From an uncultured SAR86 cluster bacterium (lineage in GTDB: Bacteria; Pseudomonadota; Gammaproteobacteria; Magnimaribacterales; D2472): a stretch of DNA of 64,000 nt. The stretch spans positions 65,350 through 129,349 of the forward strand of contig CABXFU010000004.1 in assembly GCA_902511575.1 (NCBI GenBank). The letters run 5' to 3'. The notes below the pieces were generated by a model that saw nothing but the letters and a program-made list of their open reading frames with translations, was not told the DNA's origin and did no database searches. This document shows positions 39,912 to 49,229 of this stretch, one piece after another; the stretch's first letter is position 1; every line of letters starts with the position of its first letter. The translations under genes were made by a program, and so were the position numbers.

Positions 39912-40718
39912 ATGAAAAATATTTATCACACTTTAGGCCTGCTAATTTTTGTTGTTAGTTTTATAGGAAATATAGAAGCGGCTCATCACGAAGATGCTTT
40001 ACTTGATGCAGTAAATAATTCTGATAGAAATTCTAAATACTCTGCAAGAGATGATTATAGAAATCCTTACGAGACACTTTCATTTTTTCAAATCAAACCC
40101 ACGATGCATGTATTAGAATTATCTGCTGGAGGAGGTTGGTACACTGAGATATTAGCTCCATATCTACAACCTGCAGGTAAGCTCTCTGTTACGCACCATA
40201 ATCCTGAGGCAGGAGGTTATTATAAGCGTTCAAGAAATTCTTATGATGAGAAGGTTAAGTCCAATCCTTTATTTATGGGAGTGGAGGTAATTACTGCTGA
40301 TGTTCCTCCAACGAAGCCATTTACCAAGCCCGCAACGCAAGACTTGGTTGTTACATTTAGAAATCTACATAATTGGTTAGGCCAAGATGCCATGAAGGCC
40401 ATAATGCAAGAAGCATTCAATTCTTTAAAAGTTGACGGGCACTTTGGAGTTGTAGAGCATAGAGCTCCTGAGGGATCAACTATGGAGTTTATGAAAACAA
40501 GTGGCTATGTTTCTCAATCTCTTGCTATAGACACAGCATTAGCAGTTGGATTTACTTTGATTGCAACTTCAGAGATTAATTCTAATCCAAAGGATACTGC
40601 AGATCATCCAAAAGGAGTTTGGACTCTTCCACCATCTTTTCGTTTAAAGGATCAAGATAGAGAAAAATATTCAGAAATAGGAGAATCAGACAGAATGACA
40701 TTGCTATTTAAGAAATAA
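39912..40718 (+). CDS. Secreted class I SAM-dependent methyltransferase-like protein (COG4798-like)
   Basis: Signal peptide ...GNIEA|AHHED and SAM motif I VLELSAGGGWYTE. Confidence 0.6.
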   Translation: MKNIYHTLGLLIFVVSFIGNIEAAHHEDALLDAVNNSDRNSKYSARDDYRNPYETLSFFQIKPTMHVLELSAGGGWYTEILAPYLQPAGKLSVTHHNPEAGGYYKRSRNSYDEKVKSNPLFMGVEVITADVPPTKPFTKPATQDLVVTFRNLHNWLGQDAMKAIMQEAFNSLKVDGHFGVVEHRAPEGSTMEFMKTSGYVSQSLAIDTALAVGFTLIATSEINSNPKDTADHPKGVWTLPPSFRLKDQDREKYSEIGESDRMTLLFKK

Positions 40719-40750
40719 ATAGACAACTTCATACCCAGTAAACTTTGAAA

Positions 40751-40775
40751 AGAGAGGCTTCCAGCCTCTCTTTTT
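40751..40775 (+). terminator. Rho-independent terminator
   Basis: AGAGAGGCT-TCC-AGCCTCTCT followed by TTTT. Confidence 0.8.
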
Positions 40776-40859
40776 CATTCTAATTAAAGCTTTAAAAATA
40801 AATTTACAAAACCGAAATTAGGTGTGTTTTAAACCATTTCAAAGAAGATTTTGTAACAC

Positions 40860-40887
40860 TTGACAACCTTGTCAATTTATTGATAAT
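40860..40887 (+). promoter_or_regulatory. Candidate sigma70 promoter for TBDR 3, overlapped by a 16-bp palindrome
   Basis: TTGACA (40860-40865), a 16-nt spacer, then GATAAT (40882-40887). The palindrome TTGACAA-CC-TTGTCAA (40860-40875) covers the -35 element. Confidence 0.45.
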
Positions 40888-40923
40888 CCTAAAGTGTATA
40901 CATCTAAATTATTGGGGAAAATA

Positions 40924-43854
40924 ATGAAACTTATTAAACTATCCTTATTGGTATTGCCACTTATGGTAATGGCAGATAATCCTATTGTTCCTATGGACGA
41001 TGATTCTGCTGACCAAAAATCATCATCTAATAACTCCGCTCAGGTTCAGGAAAGATCTGTTGAGGTGGCTGAATATGAAACATCAAGCTCATACTCTGAT
41101 TCTCAAGGAATTGAAGATGTCATAGTCACAGCTACTAGACGTGAAACTAGCATTATGGAAACTCCATTAGCTATTTCAGCGGTAACTCAAGAAGAATTAA
41201 CACGTTTTGGTATTACGAATATTAAAGACCTAAGCTATTCTCTTCCTGGTCTTGCAATACAAAACTCTGATACAAATGCTCCAATAATTACTTTAAGAGG
41301 CATTAGATCAAATAATGTTACTGAGGTTGGTGATCCTGCAGTAGGCGTTCATGTTGATGGATTGTATCAATCAAGACCTCAAGGTGCACAAGCGCTAATG
41401 TTTGATCTCGAGAGAGCTGAACTTGCTAGAGGCCCACAAGGAACTTTATTTGGAAGAAACTCTATTGCTGGCTCTCTAAATATTATTACTGCAAAGCCTA
41501 ATCTTGAAGTTCAAGGCGGTTCCATTACAGTAAATGCTGGGCGTTTTGAAGAAAGAGGCGTGCAAGGCCATTACAACCTTCCATTAACTGAAAATTTTGC
41601 TATTCGTTTAGCTTTTTCAGATCAATCAAAGGATTCATATTTAGATGGTTACTATGATCCTAACGGCATTGATCATAGATGGTTGCCTGATAATGTTTTA
41701 AGTCAAGCTTCAGCAGTTGATACTTGCGGACAAAGACGCGGTAACTCTGCATATGCTTGGTTTTTGGGATGTAACAACCCTGAGCGAGCAGACGATGCTG
41801 CCCCTGGATTTGATCCAGGATACCAGTATGCATCTGCATACAAAGCCATTCCTGCTGATCCTTCAACTTTTTATAACAATGTAGATAATCATGCATACAG
41901 AATTAGTGCATTATTAGTTATCGACGATACCAGCGATCTGAACATTCAATATGAAGTCTTCCAAGATGATGGTGCAGGTTGGATGAATGGATTTGATTGC
42001 GACATGATAAAAAATAGAACTGGTAGAACTTTTGGTGGCGCTCCATCAAAACCAGCCAATACTTGTGCAGATATTCTAGGTGCAGGCAGCAGTGAATATA
42101 CTGCTTTTGTTAATGTTCCTGGTGTTAATGATCTAAGTATTGAGTCTATCAGAGCTATCTATAATAAAGACTTTGGAGACTATCAAATGGTTGCTAAGCT
42201 TGGAATGCAAGCGCTAGAGCAATACTCTCAATTTGATATCGATGGCGGAAGAAATGAATGGCAAATGGCCATGGTGCTCAATGATTATAAAGCTGACTCA
42301 ACAACTCTTGATGTTCAGTTTACTGGTGCAACAGATACCATGTCATGGGTTGTTGGCGCCTTCTACTTAGAAGAAGAGAATGATATGGAAGCATTTTTCC
42401 ATGCAACTTTTAATGGCGATAACATCTTTATCCAGCCAGATAGAACTATCGAATCAAAAGCTTTATTTGGTCAGGCGACTATGAAGCTTCAAGATGATTT
42501 ATACCTAACACTTGGTATCAGACATTCTGAAGATGAAAAATCTGATGTTGGCGGAAAGAATTGGGAATGTAGCGTTTGGAATTCTTGCTATCCATCTACT
42601 GAAATTTGGGGCAACAGACAATTATTCATTCCTAACTTAGCTGCATTAGCTCCAGACTTTCATGTAGCTGGTGGTTTGTATAATGGTGTTAACTGTACTG
42701 CCCAAGGCGGTCCATATGGCGGCGGTCCATATTTTGGTGGAACAGGTTGCATGGTACAAACAGCCAATAATGCGACTTCGCAGTCATATGATTCAACTGA
42801 CTGGAGAATAGGCCTAGATTGGGATGTTTCAGATAATGCATTTTTATATGCTTATGTTGCAACAGGATTTAAAGCAGGCAGTATCGCTGATGAAGCTGTT
42901 AGGGCTGCAAACACCATCCATCCTGAGGGGCCAGGCTCATCTGTGAATACTTCATACGGACCAGAAGAAGCTACAACATTTGAACTAGGTTATAAAGGTA
43001 AATTTTTAGAGAACAGGCTTTCATTATCAGCTAATTACTACCACACAGTTTATGATGGTAAGCAATTTACTGGTAATGTTCCATTTGATGTTATTGCTAC
43101 CACTGAATACAACATTGATACCGGTCAATTAGATCCAGTTAACCAAGTTGTAACTTTCTGGGGCACGCAAAACTTTGGTGAACAGGAGATGAAGGGTCTT
43201 GAAATTGAGTTTGACTACCTTCCATATGAAGGTGGACGTGTAAGTGGTTGGATTACTACCATGGATACAGAAGTAACCGAGGATTTCAATACTCAATGGT
43301 ATTACGGCCAGGATGCATATCTAGGTAGAAGTGGATATGATGCCTCAGTAGCAAATGTGCCAGAGAATTATGTCAACTTAAAAGGTAACGAAGCACCTTA
43401 TTCACCTAACTTAGCTTTTACAATCAAGTACGAGCATACATTTAACTTAGGTACTATGGGCCAATTAATTCCATCTATTAATTATCATTGGCAAGCAGAG
43501 GATTATCTAACAATTTGGAATGCAGATAAGCATATCAATGATGCTGGTGGTTATGGTACTTATGGTTGTACAAATTTTGGTGCTGCTGATGGGTGCGCAT
43601 ATGGCTTCATTGATCTTCCAGGATACTTTAATGAAAGCACAGATGTTTTTGGCGATCAAAGAAGCAGCTGGAGCATGGTTGATCTAATTGTTACTTATAA
43701 GCCTTCTGGTGATGCTCCCTGGTATGCCCAAGCTTTTGCATATAATGTAACTGACGAGGTTATTTCTTACTGGAGAGGAGTTGAGGCAGGTGTTCCTAGT
43801 GGAGCTTTCTCAGCGCCAACACAGTACGGAATTAGAGTTGGATATTATTGGTAA
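40924..43854 (+). CDS. TonB-dependent receptor (TBDR 3)
   Basis: The ATG at 40924 follows GGGGAAA; the track uses a GTG at 40894. A signal peptide and a ~55-aa Ser/Asp/Glu-rich linker precede the plug (IEDVIVTATRRETS; RAELARGPQGTLFGRNSIAGSLNIITAKP). The C-terminus is ...VGYYW. Confidence 0.9.
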   Translation: MKLIKLSLLVLPLMVMADNPIVPMDDDSADQKSSSNNSAQVQERSVEVAEYETSSSYSDSQGIEDVIVTATRRETSIMETPLAISAVTQEELTRFGITNIKDLSYSLPGLAIQNSDTNAPIITLRGIRSNNVTEVGDPAVGVHVDGLYQSRPQGAQALMFDLERAELARGPQGTLFGRNSIAGSLNIITAKPNLEVQGGSITVNAGRFEERGVQGHYNLPLTENFAIRLAFSDQSKDSYLDGYYDPNGIDHRWLPDNVLSQASAVDTCGQRRGNSAYAWFLGCNNPERADDAAPGFDPGYQYASAYKAIPADPSTFYNNVDNHAYRISALLVIDDTSDLNIQYEVFQDDGAGWMNGFDCDMIKNRTGRTFGGAPSKPANTCADILGAGSSEYTAFVNVPGVNDLSIESIRAIYNKDFGDYQMVAKLGMQALEQYSQFDIDGGRNEWQMAMVLNDYKADSTTLDVQFTGATDTMSWVVGAFYLEEENDMEAFFHATFNGDNIFIQPDRTIESKALFGQATMKLQDDLYLTLGIRHSEDEKSDVGGKNWECSVWNSCYPSTEIWGNRQLFIPNLAALAPDFHVAGGLYNGVNCTAQGGPYGGGPYFGGTGCMVQTANNATSQSYDSTDWRIGLDWDVSDNAFLYAYVATGFKAGSIADEAVRAANTIHPEGPGSSVNTSYGPEEATTFELGYKGKFLENRLSLSANYYHTVYDGKQFTGNVPFDVIATTEYNIDTGQLDPVNQVVTFWGTQNFGEQEMKGLEIEFDYLPYEGGRVSGWITTMDTEVTEDFNTQWYYGQDAYLGRSGYDASVANVPENYVNLKGNEAPYSPNLAFTIKYEHTFNLGTMGQLIPSINYHWQAEDYLTIWNADKHINDAGGYGTYGCTNFGAADGCAYGFIDLPGYFNESTDVFGDQRSSWSMVDLIVTYKPSGDAPWYAQAFAYNVTDEVISYWRGVEAGVPSGAFSAPTQYGIRVGYYW

Positions 43855-43872
43855 AAGATAATAAAAATTTAA

Positions 43873-43898
43873 AGAGGGTGTAAGCCCTCTTTTTTTTG
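43873..43898 (+). terminator. Rho-independent terminator
   Basis: AGAGGG-TGTAAG-CCCTCT followed by TTTTTTTT. Confidence 0.8.
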
Positions 43899-43908
43899 TT
43901 AAAATTAA

Positions 43909-44904
43909 ATGATGAAATTTAATCAAATTTTGCTTCTTTCATTCGCGCTTTTTGGTTGCACTCAGACGGCTGAGGTTAAGCCAACTTACTTGACTGAAAA
44001 GATTGAATATCCCTCTAAAAATATACTTGGCTTTGAAAATTTATTTGGTGATGGTTTGGATTCCCAGAAAAATGTAGAAATATTTGGAGTTTTGCATTTT
44101 CCTGATAATTACGATGCGTTGAAAAAATATCCTGCTGTTGTAGCCTCGCATGGTTCATCAAATTGGAGAGCACACCATCTAAAATACATAGAGCAAATCC
44201 GTCAAGCAGGCTTTATTGTGTTGGCTATGCATCCTTTTGATTCAAGGGGTGTTGATAGCACAGTTGGCAATCAGATAAATGTAACTAGCGAAACCGTAAT
44301 TTATGACATGGCTATGAGCCTTAATTTATTATGGGATGACTCCAGAATTAACAATAAAAAGATTTATGCAGCAGGTTGGAGCCTTGGCGGCACCGCAACT
44401 TTATTCAATGGATGGCTGCCACTTCAAGACTCACTTAATAAAAGTGGCGCTTCATATGCCGGTTATCTTATGTGGTATCCAGGTTGCTTAGCATTACCTG
44501 ATTTAAATCAATGGGATCAAGATCTTATGCAAATATATATTGGCGAAGAGGATAATTGGACTCCACCTCAACCATGCAAGGACTTGGTTGCAGTTATTAA
44601 TGCCCAGGGCGGCAACGCATTTATTGAGCTTTATCCTAACTCATTTCACTCGTTTGACGGTCCTCAACCTCTGAGACTTATACCGGATGCTTATAGTTGG
44701 GCTGAGTGTAAATTAAAACTCAATGCCAATACTAAAAAAGTCTATGACCCTCAAAATAAATCCTTAGATTTTTCTGATCCCAAGCTAAGAAGAACTGCTT
44801 ATGAAAGCTGTGCTGTGAAAGGGGAGGTTATGGCTGGAGCTAGTCCAGAATATAAAAATGCGGCTTATGAGCACCTTAGTGGTCTGTTACCTAAATTGGA
44901 TTAA
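43909..44904 (+). CDS. Alpha/beta hydrolase lipoprotein (dienelactone hydrolase-like)
   Basis: Lipobox LFGC, the nucleophile elbow GWSLGG, and a late His (NSFHSFD). Confidence 0.65.
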   Translation: MMKFNQILLLSFALFGCTQTAEVKPTYLTEKIEYPSKNILGFENLFGDGLDSQKNVEIFGVLHFPDNYDALKKYPAVVASHGSSNWRAHHLKYIEQIRQAGFIVLAMHPFDSRGVDSTVGNQINVTSETVIYDMAMSLNLLWDDSRINNKKIYAAGWSLGGTATLFNGWLPLQDSLNKSGASYAGYLMWYPGCLALPDLNQWDQDLMQIYIGEEDNWTPPQPCKDLVAVINAQGGNAFIELYPNSFHSFDGPQPLRLIPDAYSWAECKLKLNANTKKVYDPQNKSLDFSDPKLRRTAYESCAVKGEVMAGASPEYKNAAYEHLSGLLPKLD

Positions 44905-45302
44905 CTAGAAAGCTCTTTCCAGCCCCTGTAACCACCTTCAAGGTTCTGGACATTTTTAAATCCAAACTCCATTAATGTCTTGCCAGCAAGGGAAGCTCTG
45001 CTTCCTCCGCCACAGTATACGATAATGGGTGTATTTGCATTTAAACCTTTGTCATCATTGGTTGGCGCAAGTTTCATTTCAATCAAACCTCTGGGGATAT
45101 TTACAGCATTAGCAATACTTCCAGTTTCAAGAATTTCAGTCCCCTCCCGAACGTCTATCACAAAGTATTTCTCTGAGTTTTCTAGAAAACTTTGACAAGA
45201 AATTTTAGGAACTACGGTGTGAGCCTGTGCAATTAAATCCTTGAGTGTCATTAAATTATTATCTTTTGAATTCACTTTTCGTGCAATCCATTTATTTGGC
45301 AC
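44901..45302 (-). CDS. Single-domain rhodanese-like sulfurtransferase
   Basis: The active-site loop VYCGGGSRAS and a C-terminal GGYRGW. An alternative start at 45251 (MTLKDL...) is possible. Confidence 0.75.
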   Translation of the reverse strand: MPNKWIARKVNSKDNNLMTLKDLIAQAHTVVPKISCQSFLENSEKYFVIDVREGTEILETGSIANAVNIPRGLIEMKLAPTNDDKGLNANTPIIVYCGGGSRASLAGKTLMEFGFKNVQNLEGGYRGWKELSS

Positions 45303-45362
45303 AGTAATTGCACTAGTAAATTACTAGATATTAAATTCACATAATTGTTGCAATGTTAGCGC

Positions 45363-45407
45363 TGTAAACATACTATGATGAATGTTTAATGTTTACAGTG
45401 TAAACAT
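45363..45407. promoter_or_regulatory. Candidate operator: perfect 19-bp palindrome ATGTTTACA-G-TGTAAACAT plus an upstream TGTAAACAT half-site
   Basis: The palindrome is at 45389-45407. There is an extra half-site at 45363-45371 and a degenerate one at 45382-45389. They lie in and just downstream of a possible TTGCAA-17-TACTAT promoter (45348-45376). Confidence 0.45.
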
Positions 45408-45455
45408 TATAAAAAATATGTATAAATAAAATTCATAATATAAAGGAGACTTATA

Positions 45456-45728
45456 ATGAAGAGACTTTTACTAGCATTAACATTAATTACATTGCCCTCA
45501 ATAGCGAGTGCTCAAATTGCTATTCAAGATGACTATGTAATTCAAGGCAAAATATTTGCTGTTAAAACAGCAAAGAAATATTCTTCAGTGGAAGGCTGTT
45601 CAAAAATCGCTCTTTCAAAGACCAAGGTCGAAGGGTTTACTTTTGAATCTAAATCACAAAAATGTACCTTATTTAAAAAGGTGCGTAATCTCAAAGAAAA
45701 AAAAGGCTTTGTTTCAGGCACTAAATAA
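45456..45728 (+). CDS. Small secreted protein, possibly PAN/apple-like
   Basis: Signal peptide ...SIASA|Q, with two Cys residues flanking the pattern EGFTFES..QKCTLF. An AGGAG SD precedes the start. Confidence 0.45.
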   Translation: MKRLLLALTLITLPSIASAQIAIQDDYVIQGKIFAVKTAKKYSSVEGCSKIALSKTKVEGFTFESKSQKCTLFKKVRNLKEKKGFVSGTK

Positions 45729-45746
45729 ATAATTTTAATTTTTAAA

Positions 45747-45771
45747 GGGGAGCATTGGCTCCCTTTTTTTT
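45747..45771 (+). terminator. Rho-independent terminator
   Basis: GGGAGC-ATTG-GCTCCC followed by TTTTTTTT. Confidence 0.85.
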
Positions 45772-45966
45772 AAATAAAGTTGGATTTATTGTTTTTTTCT
45801 TGCATACTTCCATCACTATGAACATAGCAACTAGATCATTTGACCAAGAAATATTGCTTAAAAAGCTTAGCTGCACAGTTGCATTTGCCCTATGTTCAAC
45901 TCCAATCAAAAGAAGACGTAGATCTATCTAATAACCCCCAATAATGGCGTGGTTTCATAAATTAAG

Positions 45967-46959
45967 ATGAAGAATTTTATTACAACTCAAAATTGGTCTC
46001 GATCGGAGCTACAAGATATTATAGATTTTGCGATTGAGCTTAAAAATAAACCTTACCAACCTCTTTTAAAAAATAAATCAATTGCAATGTTATTTTTTAA
46101 TCCATCGCTTAGAACTAAAACCAGCTTTGAGGTTGGAATAAGCGAACTTTCGGGGACAGCGATCATCTTGCAACCTGGCAAGGATGCATGGCCCATTGAG
46201 TTTGAAGAAAATATCGTCATGGATGGCAACTCAGAAGAGCATGTGAAAGAAGTTGCACAAGTCTTATCGTCTTATTGTGATTGCATTGCGATTAGAGCGT
46301 TCCCTCAGTTTATGGACTGGGATCATGATAGAACAGATTCAGTTATTAATGGCTTTGCAAAATATGCTTCTGTGCCCGTGGTGAACATGGAGACAATTGA
46401 GCATCCATGCCAAGAACTTGCCCATATCTTAACTTTGCAAGAACATTATGGCGACCTTCAGGGCAAAGATTATCTGTTAACTTGGACGTATCATCCCAAG
46501 CCCTTGAATACCGCTGTTGCTAATTCTAGTCTCTTGATAGCGAGTAAGTTTGGTATGAATGTTAAATTATTATGTCCCTCTGAGGATTATCATCTAGATG
46601 ATAGATATCTTAAAGCTGCGGAAAAGAATTGTGAATCTGAAGGAGCTTCGTTTGATGTGTCCTATGATATTGATAGCGCTTATTCAAATGTAGATATTGT
46701 CTATGCAAAAAGCTGGGGTTGTCTTAGTCACTATGGAAAAATAGATGATCAAATTGCCTATAACGATCAATATAAGCACTTTATTGTTGATGAATCAAAG
46801 ATGAACCTTACAAATAATGCTGTTTTTAGTCATTGTCTTCCTTTAAGAAGAAATGTGAAAGCAACTGATGGGGTCATGGATTCTGATTATTGCATAGCGG
46901 TTAAAGAAGCGGCGAATAGAAAGCATGTTCAAAAATCCATGCTTAGTAAAATTTTATAG
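45967..46959 (+). CDS. argF': N-acetylornithine carbamoyltransferase (novel-type transcarbamylase ArgF')
   Basis: Carbamoyl-phosphate motif NPSLRTKTSFE, HPCQ, and HCLPLRRN. Its position leads an argG-argE-argA/B-argC-argH operon, as in Xanthomonas. The choice between acetyl and succinyl specificity is inferred from context only. Confidence 0.75.
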   Translation: MKNFITTQNWSRSELQDIIDFAIELKNKPYQPLLKNKSIAMLFFNPSLRTKTSFEVGISELSGTAIILQPGKDAWPIEFEENIVMDGNSEEHVKEVAQVLSSYCDCIAIRAFPQFMDWDHDRTDSVINGFAKYASVPVVNMETIEHPCQELAHILTLQEHYGDLQGKDYLLTWTYHPKPLNTAVANSSLLIASKFGMNVKLLCPSEDYHLDDRYLKAAEKNCESEGASFDVSYDIDSAYSNVDIVYAKSWGCLSHYGKIDDQIAYNDQYKHFIVDESKMNLTNNAVFSHCLPLRRNVKATDGVMDSDYCIAVKEAANRKHVQKSMLSKIL

Positions 46960-46968
46960 GTATTAATA

Positions 46969-48165
46969 ATGAATAAAAAAGTAGTATTAGCATTTTCCGG
47001 AGGTCTTGACACAAGCTTTTGCATCCCATATTTAATTGATCAAGGTTATGAAGTTCATACTTTATTTGTAAACACTGGCGGCATTTCATCAAAAGAAGAG
47101 AGTGCAATTACAAAAAGAGCCAATGAATTAGGTGCAAAAAAACATATCAATATCAATGTTGAAAAAAGTTTATGGTCTGAGATTTTAGTTCCATTGGTGC
47201 AATCTGGAGCTCTTTATCAAAATAAATATCCCGCACTTTGTTCTGATAGGTATTTGATCGTCAAAGAATCAATTAAATTATGTAAAAAATTAAATACCAA
47301 AGATATTGCTCACGGTTGCACAGGCATGGGAAATGATCAGATTAGATTTGATCTTTCTATTAGAGCTCATGGAAATTACAACATCATCACTCCAATCAGA
47401 GAGATTCAAAATATTACAAAGAATGTAAGAGCCTATGAAGAGGATTATTTGCAAGATAAAGGATTTAAGGTCTCTTCATTGCATAAAAAATATAGCATAA
47501 ATGAAAATCTCATGGGAGCGACGATCTCAGGTAGTGAAATTGATGAATGGGAAGAACCATCTAGCGAAAGTTTTGTGCTTTGCAAATTGCCTCATCAATA
47601 TCCTAAAAAACCAAAAACACTAATAATAAAATTCCTCAAAGGAAAAGTTGTTGCTATTAATAATAAGAAAATGCAGGGCGCTGATTTTCTTAGAACTCTC
47701 AATGTACTCGGAGGTTCATTCGGCATAGGGCGCTCAGTTTTTTCAAGCGATACAATAATTGGGCTAAAGGGTAGATTTGTCTTTGAAGCTCCTGGTATTG
47801 CAATTTTGATGTCAGCTCACAGAGCTTTAGAGGAAGCTGTCTTAACTGATAAACAAAATTTTGTAAAAGCTCAAGTTGGCCAAGAATGGGTTAATTTAGT
47901 TTATAGAGGGTTTTATTTTGAGCCTTTGAGAGAAAATCTAGAGGCATTTTTACTTGATTCCCAAAAAACTGTTTCTGGGGAGGTTACTTTGAAGCTTACT
48001 CCTGGGCGTGTTGATGCGGTGGCTGTAAAGTCAAAAAATATTCTTAAGAGCCCAGAGGGCTCTTATGCTCAGTCTGCAACATGGTCAGAAGCAGAATCAA
48101 AAGGATTTATTAAGCTAATAGGTCAAAGCACCTCAACTTGGTCTTCCATCCATAAGAAAAAATGA
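46969..48165 (+). CDS. argG: Argininosuccinate synthase
   Basis: N-terminal ATP pyrophosphatase motif VLAFSGGLDTS; 398 aa. Confidence 0.9.
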   Translation: MNKKVVLAFSGGLDTSFCIPYLIDQGYEVHTLFVNTGGISSKEESAITKRANELGAKKHININVEKSLWSEILVPLVQSGALYQNKYPALCSDRYLIVKESIKLCKKLNTKDIAHGCTGMGNDQIRFDLSIRAHGNYNIITPIREIQNITKNVRAYEEDYLQDKGFKVSSLHKKYSINENLMGATISGSEIDEWEEPSSESFVLCKLPHQYPKKPKTLIIKFLKGKVVAINNKKMQGADFLRTLNVLGGSFGIGRSVFSSDTIIGLKGRFVFEAPGIAILMSAHRALEEAVLTDKQNFVKAQVGQEWVNLVYRGFYFEPLRENLEAFLLDSQKTVSGEVTLKLTPGRVDAVAVKSKNILKSPEGSYAQSATWSEAESKGFIKLIGQSTSTWSSIHKKK

Positions 48166-49229
48166 ATTCTGACTTAGAGCTGACCTTAAAACATCTGAAA
48201 GCTTTAGTTGCATGCGATACATCAAACCCTCCTCGAAAGATAGAGCAATCAGGGTTGATAAGCTATTTAAACTCTTTGGATTTTATTTCTCCTAAAGTCA
48301 CAGACTTGGGAGAGGGTTCTTTTAATATCTTTCTTGCCAAGGGCTCACCAAAATATTTGGTAAATGTTCATTTAGATACAGTGCCGGCTGGAGATGCTTG
48401 GAAATCTGATCCACATGATTTAATCATTGAGAATGGAAAAGCTATTGGGCTTGGTGCTTGTGACATTAAAGGGGCTGCAGCATGTCTATTAACTTTATTA
48501 GAGAGAGGGTTGAGTGACTATGCAATCTTATTTTCCACGGATGAAGAGGCTGGCCAAAGCACTTGTGTTAAAGAATATATAAAAACAAAACCAGTGTTTG
48601 AAGGTATTATTGTTGCAGAGCCTACGCAAAATATGGCGGTAACATGTCATAGAGGGATTCTTACTGGAACCCAAGAATTTTTTGGTCTTGCTGGCCATAG
48701 TTCTGAACAAAGAGCCTTGAATGATAACGCGATTCATAAATTAACACGCTGGTCAGATGCGGCATTAAAAGTTGCCGAATCATATAAGGGAACTTCATTT
48801 CAGGATCTGCAAGGCATTGCTTTTAATTTAGGATTAGTTGAAGGGGGAATTAAGCCCAATATCATTGCTGATCATGCTCATGTTAAGTTCGGTATGAGAC
48901 CTTTGCCTGGCCAATCTTTTGATGAGTTATTAAAAGAATTCAACACTGAATCAATTGAAAATCATTCAAAATTTACATCTGGATTTATTGCTCCTGCATT
49001 ACCTGCATCGGGAAACATTAAAGATTTGGAATTATTTGCGGATGAATTGGGTTTAAATTTGTCTGCACCAGTAAATTTCTGGACCGAAGCCTCTTTATTT
49101 AGTGAGGCTGGATACCGAGCCATAGTTTACGGTCCAGGTGATATTGCTAATGCTCATCAACCCAATGAATCAGTGGATCTTGAGGAGCTAAATCAAGCCT
49201 TGACTGATTTTCAACAAATAATCCAATGA
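48162..49229 (+). CDS. argE: M20-family deacetylase (acetylornithine / acetylcitrulline deacetylase)
   Basis: Metal ligand blocks VHLDTVP, CDIKG and STDEEAG, with ATGA overlaps on both sides. Confidence 0.8.
   Translation: MNSDLELTLKHLKALVACDTSNPPRKIEQSGLISYLNSLDFISPKVTDLGEGSFNIFLAKGSPKYLVNVHLDTVPAGDAWKSDPHDLIIENGKAIGLGACDIKGAAACLLTLLERGLSDYAILFSTDEEAGQSTCVKEYIKTKPVFEGIIVAEPTQNMAVTCHRGILTGTQEFFGLAGHSSEQRALNDNAIHKLTRWSDAALKVAESYKGTSFQDLQGIAFNLGLVEGGIKPNIIADHAHVKFGMRPLPGQSFDELLKEFNTESIENHSKFTSGFIAPALPASGNIKDLELFADELGLNLSAPVNFWTEASLFSEAGYRAIVYGPGDIANAHQPNESVDLEELNQALTDFQQIIQ

Noticed and set aside
39851-39913. The longer start for the DoxX gene, and the GTG start at 40894 for TBDR 3.
   Set aside because: The 39913 start would overlap the divergent gene's start codon and adds a non-DoxX leader. 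The ATG at 40924 has a better SD and begins directly at the signal peptide.
45772-45966. An ArgR operator (ARG box, TNTGAATWWWWATTCANW) upstream of the arg operon.
   Set aside because: I could not find a convincing match by eye. Only unrelated TGCA-containing short repeats are present, so no claim is made.
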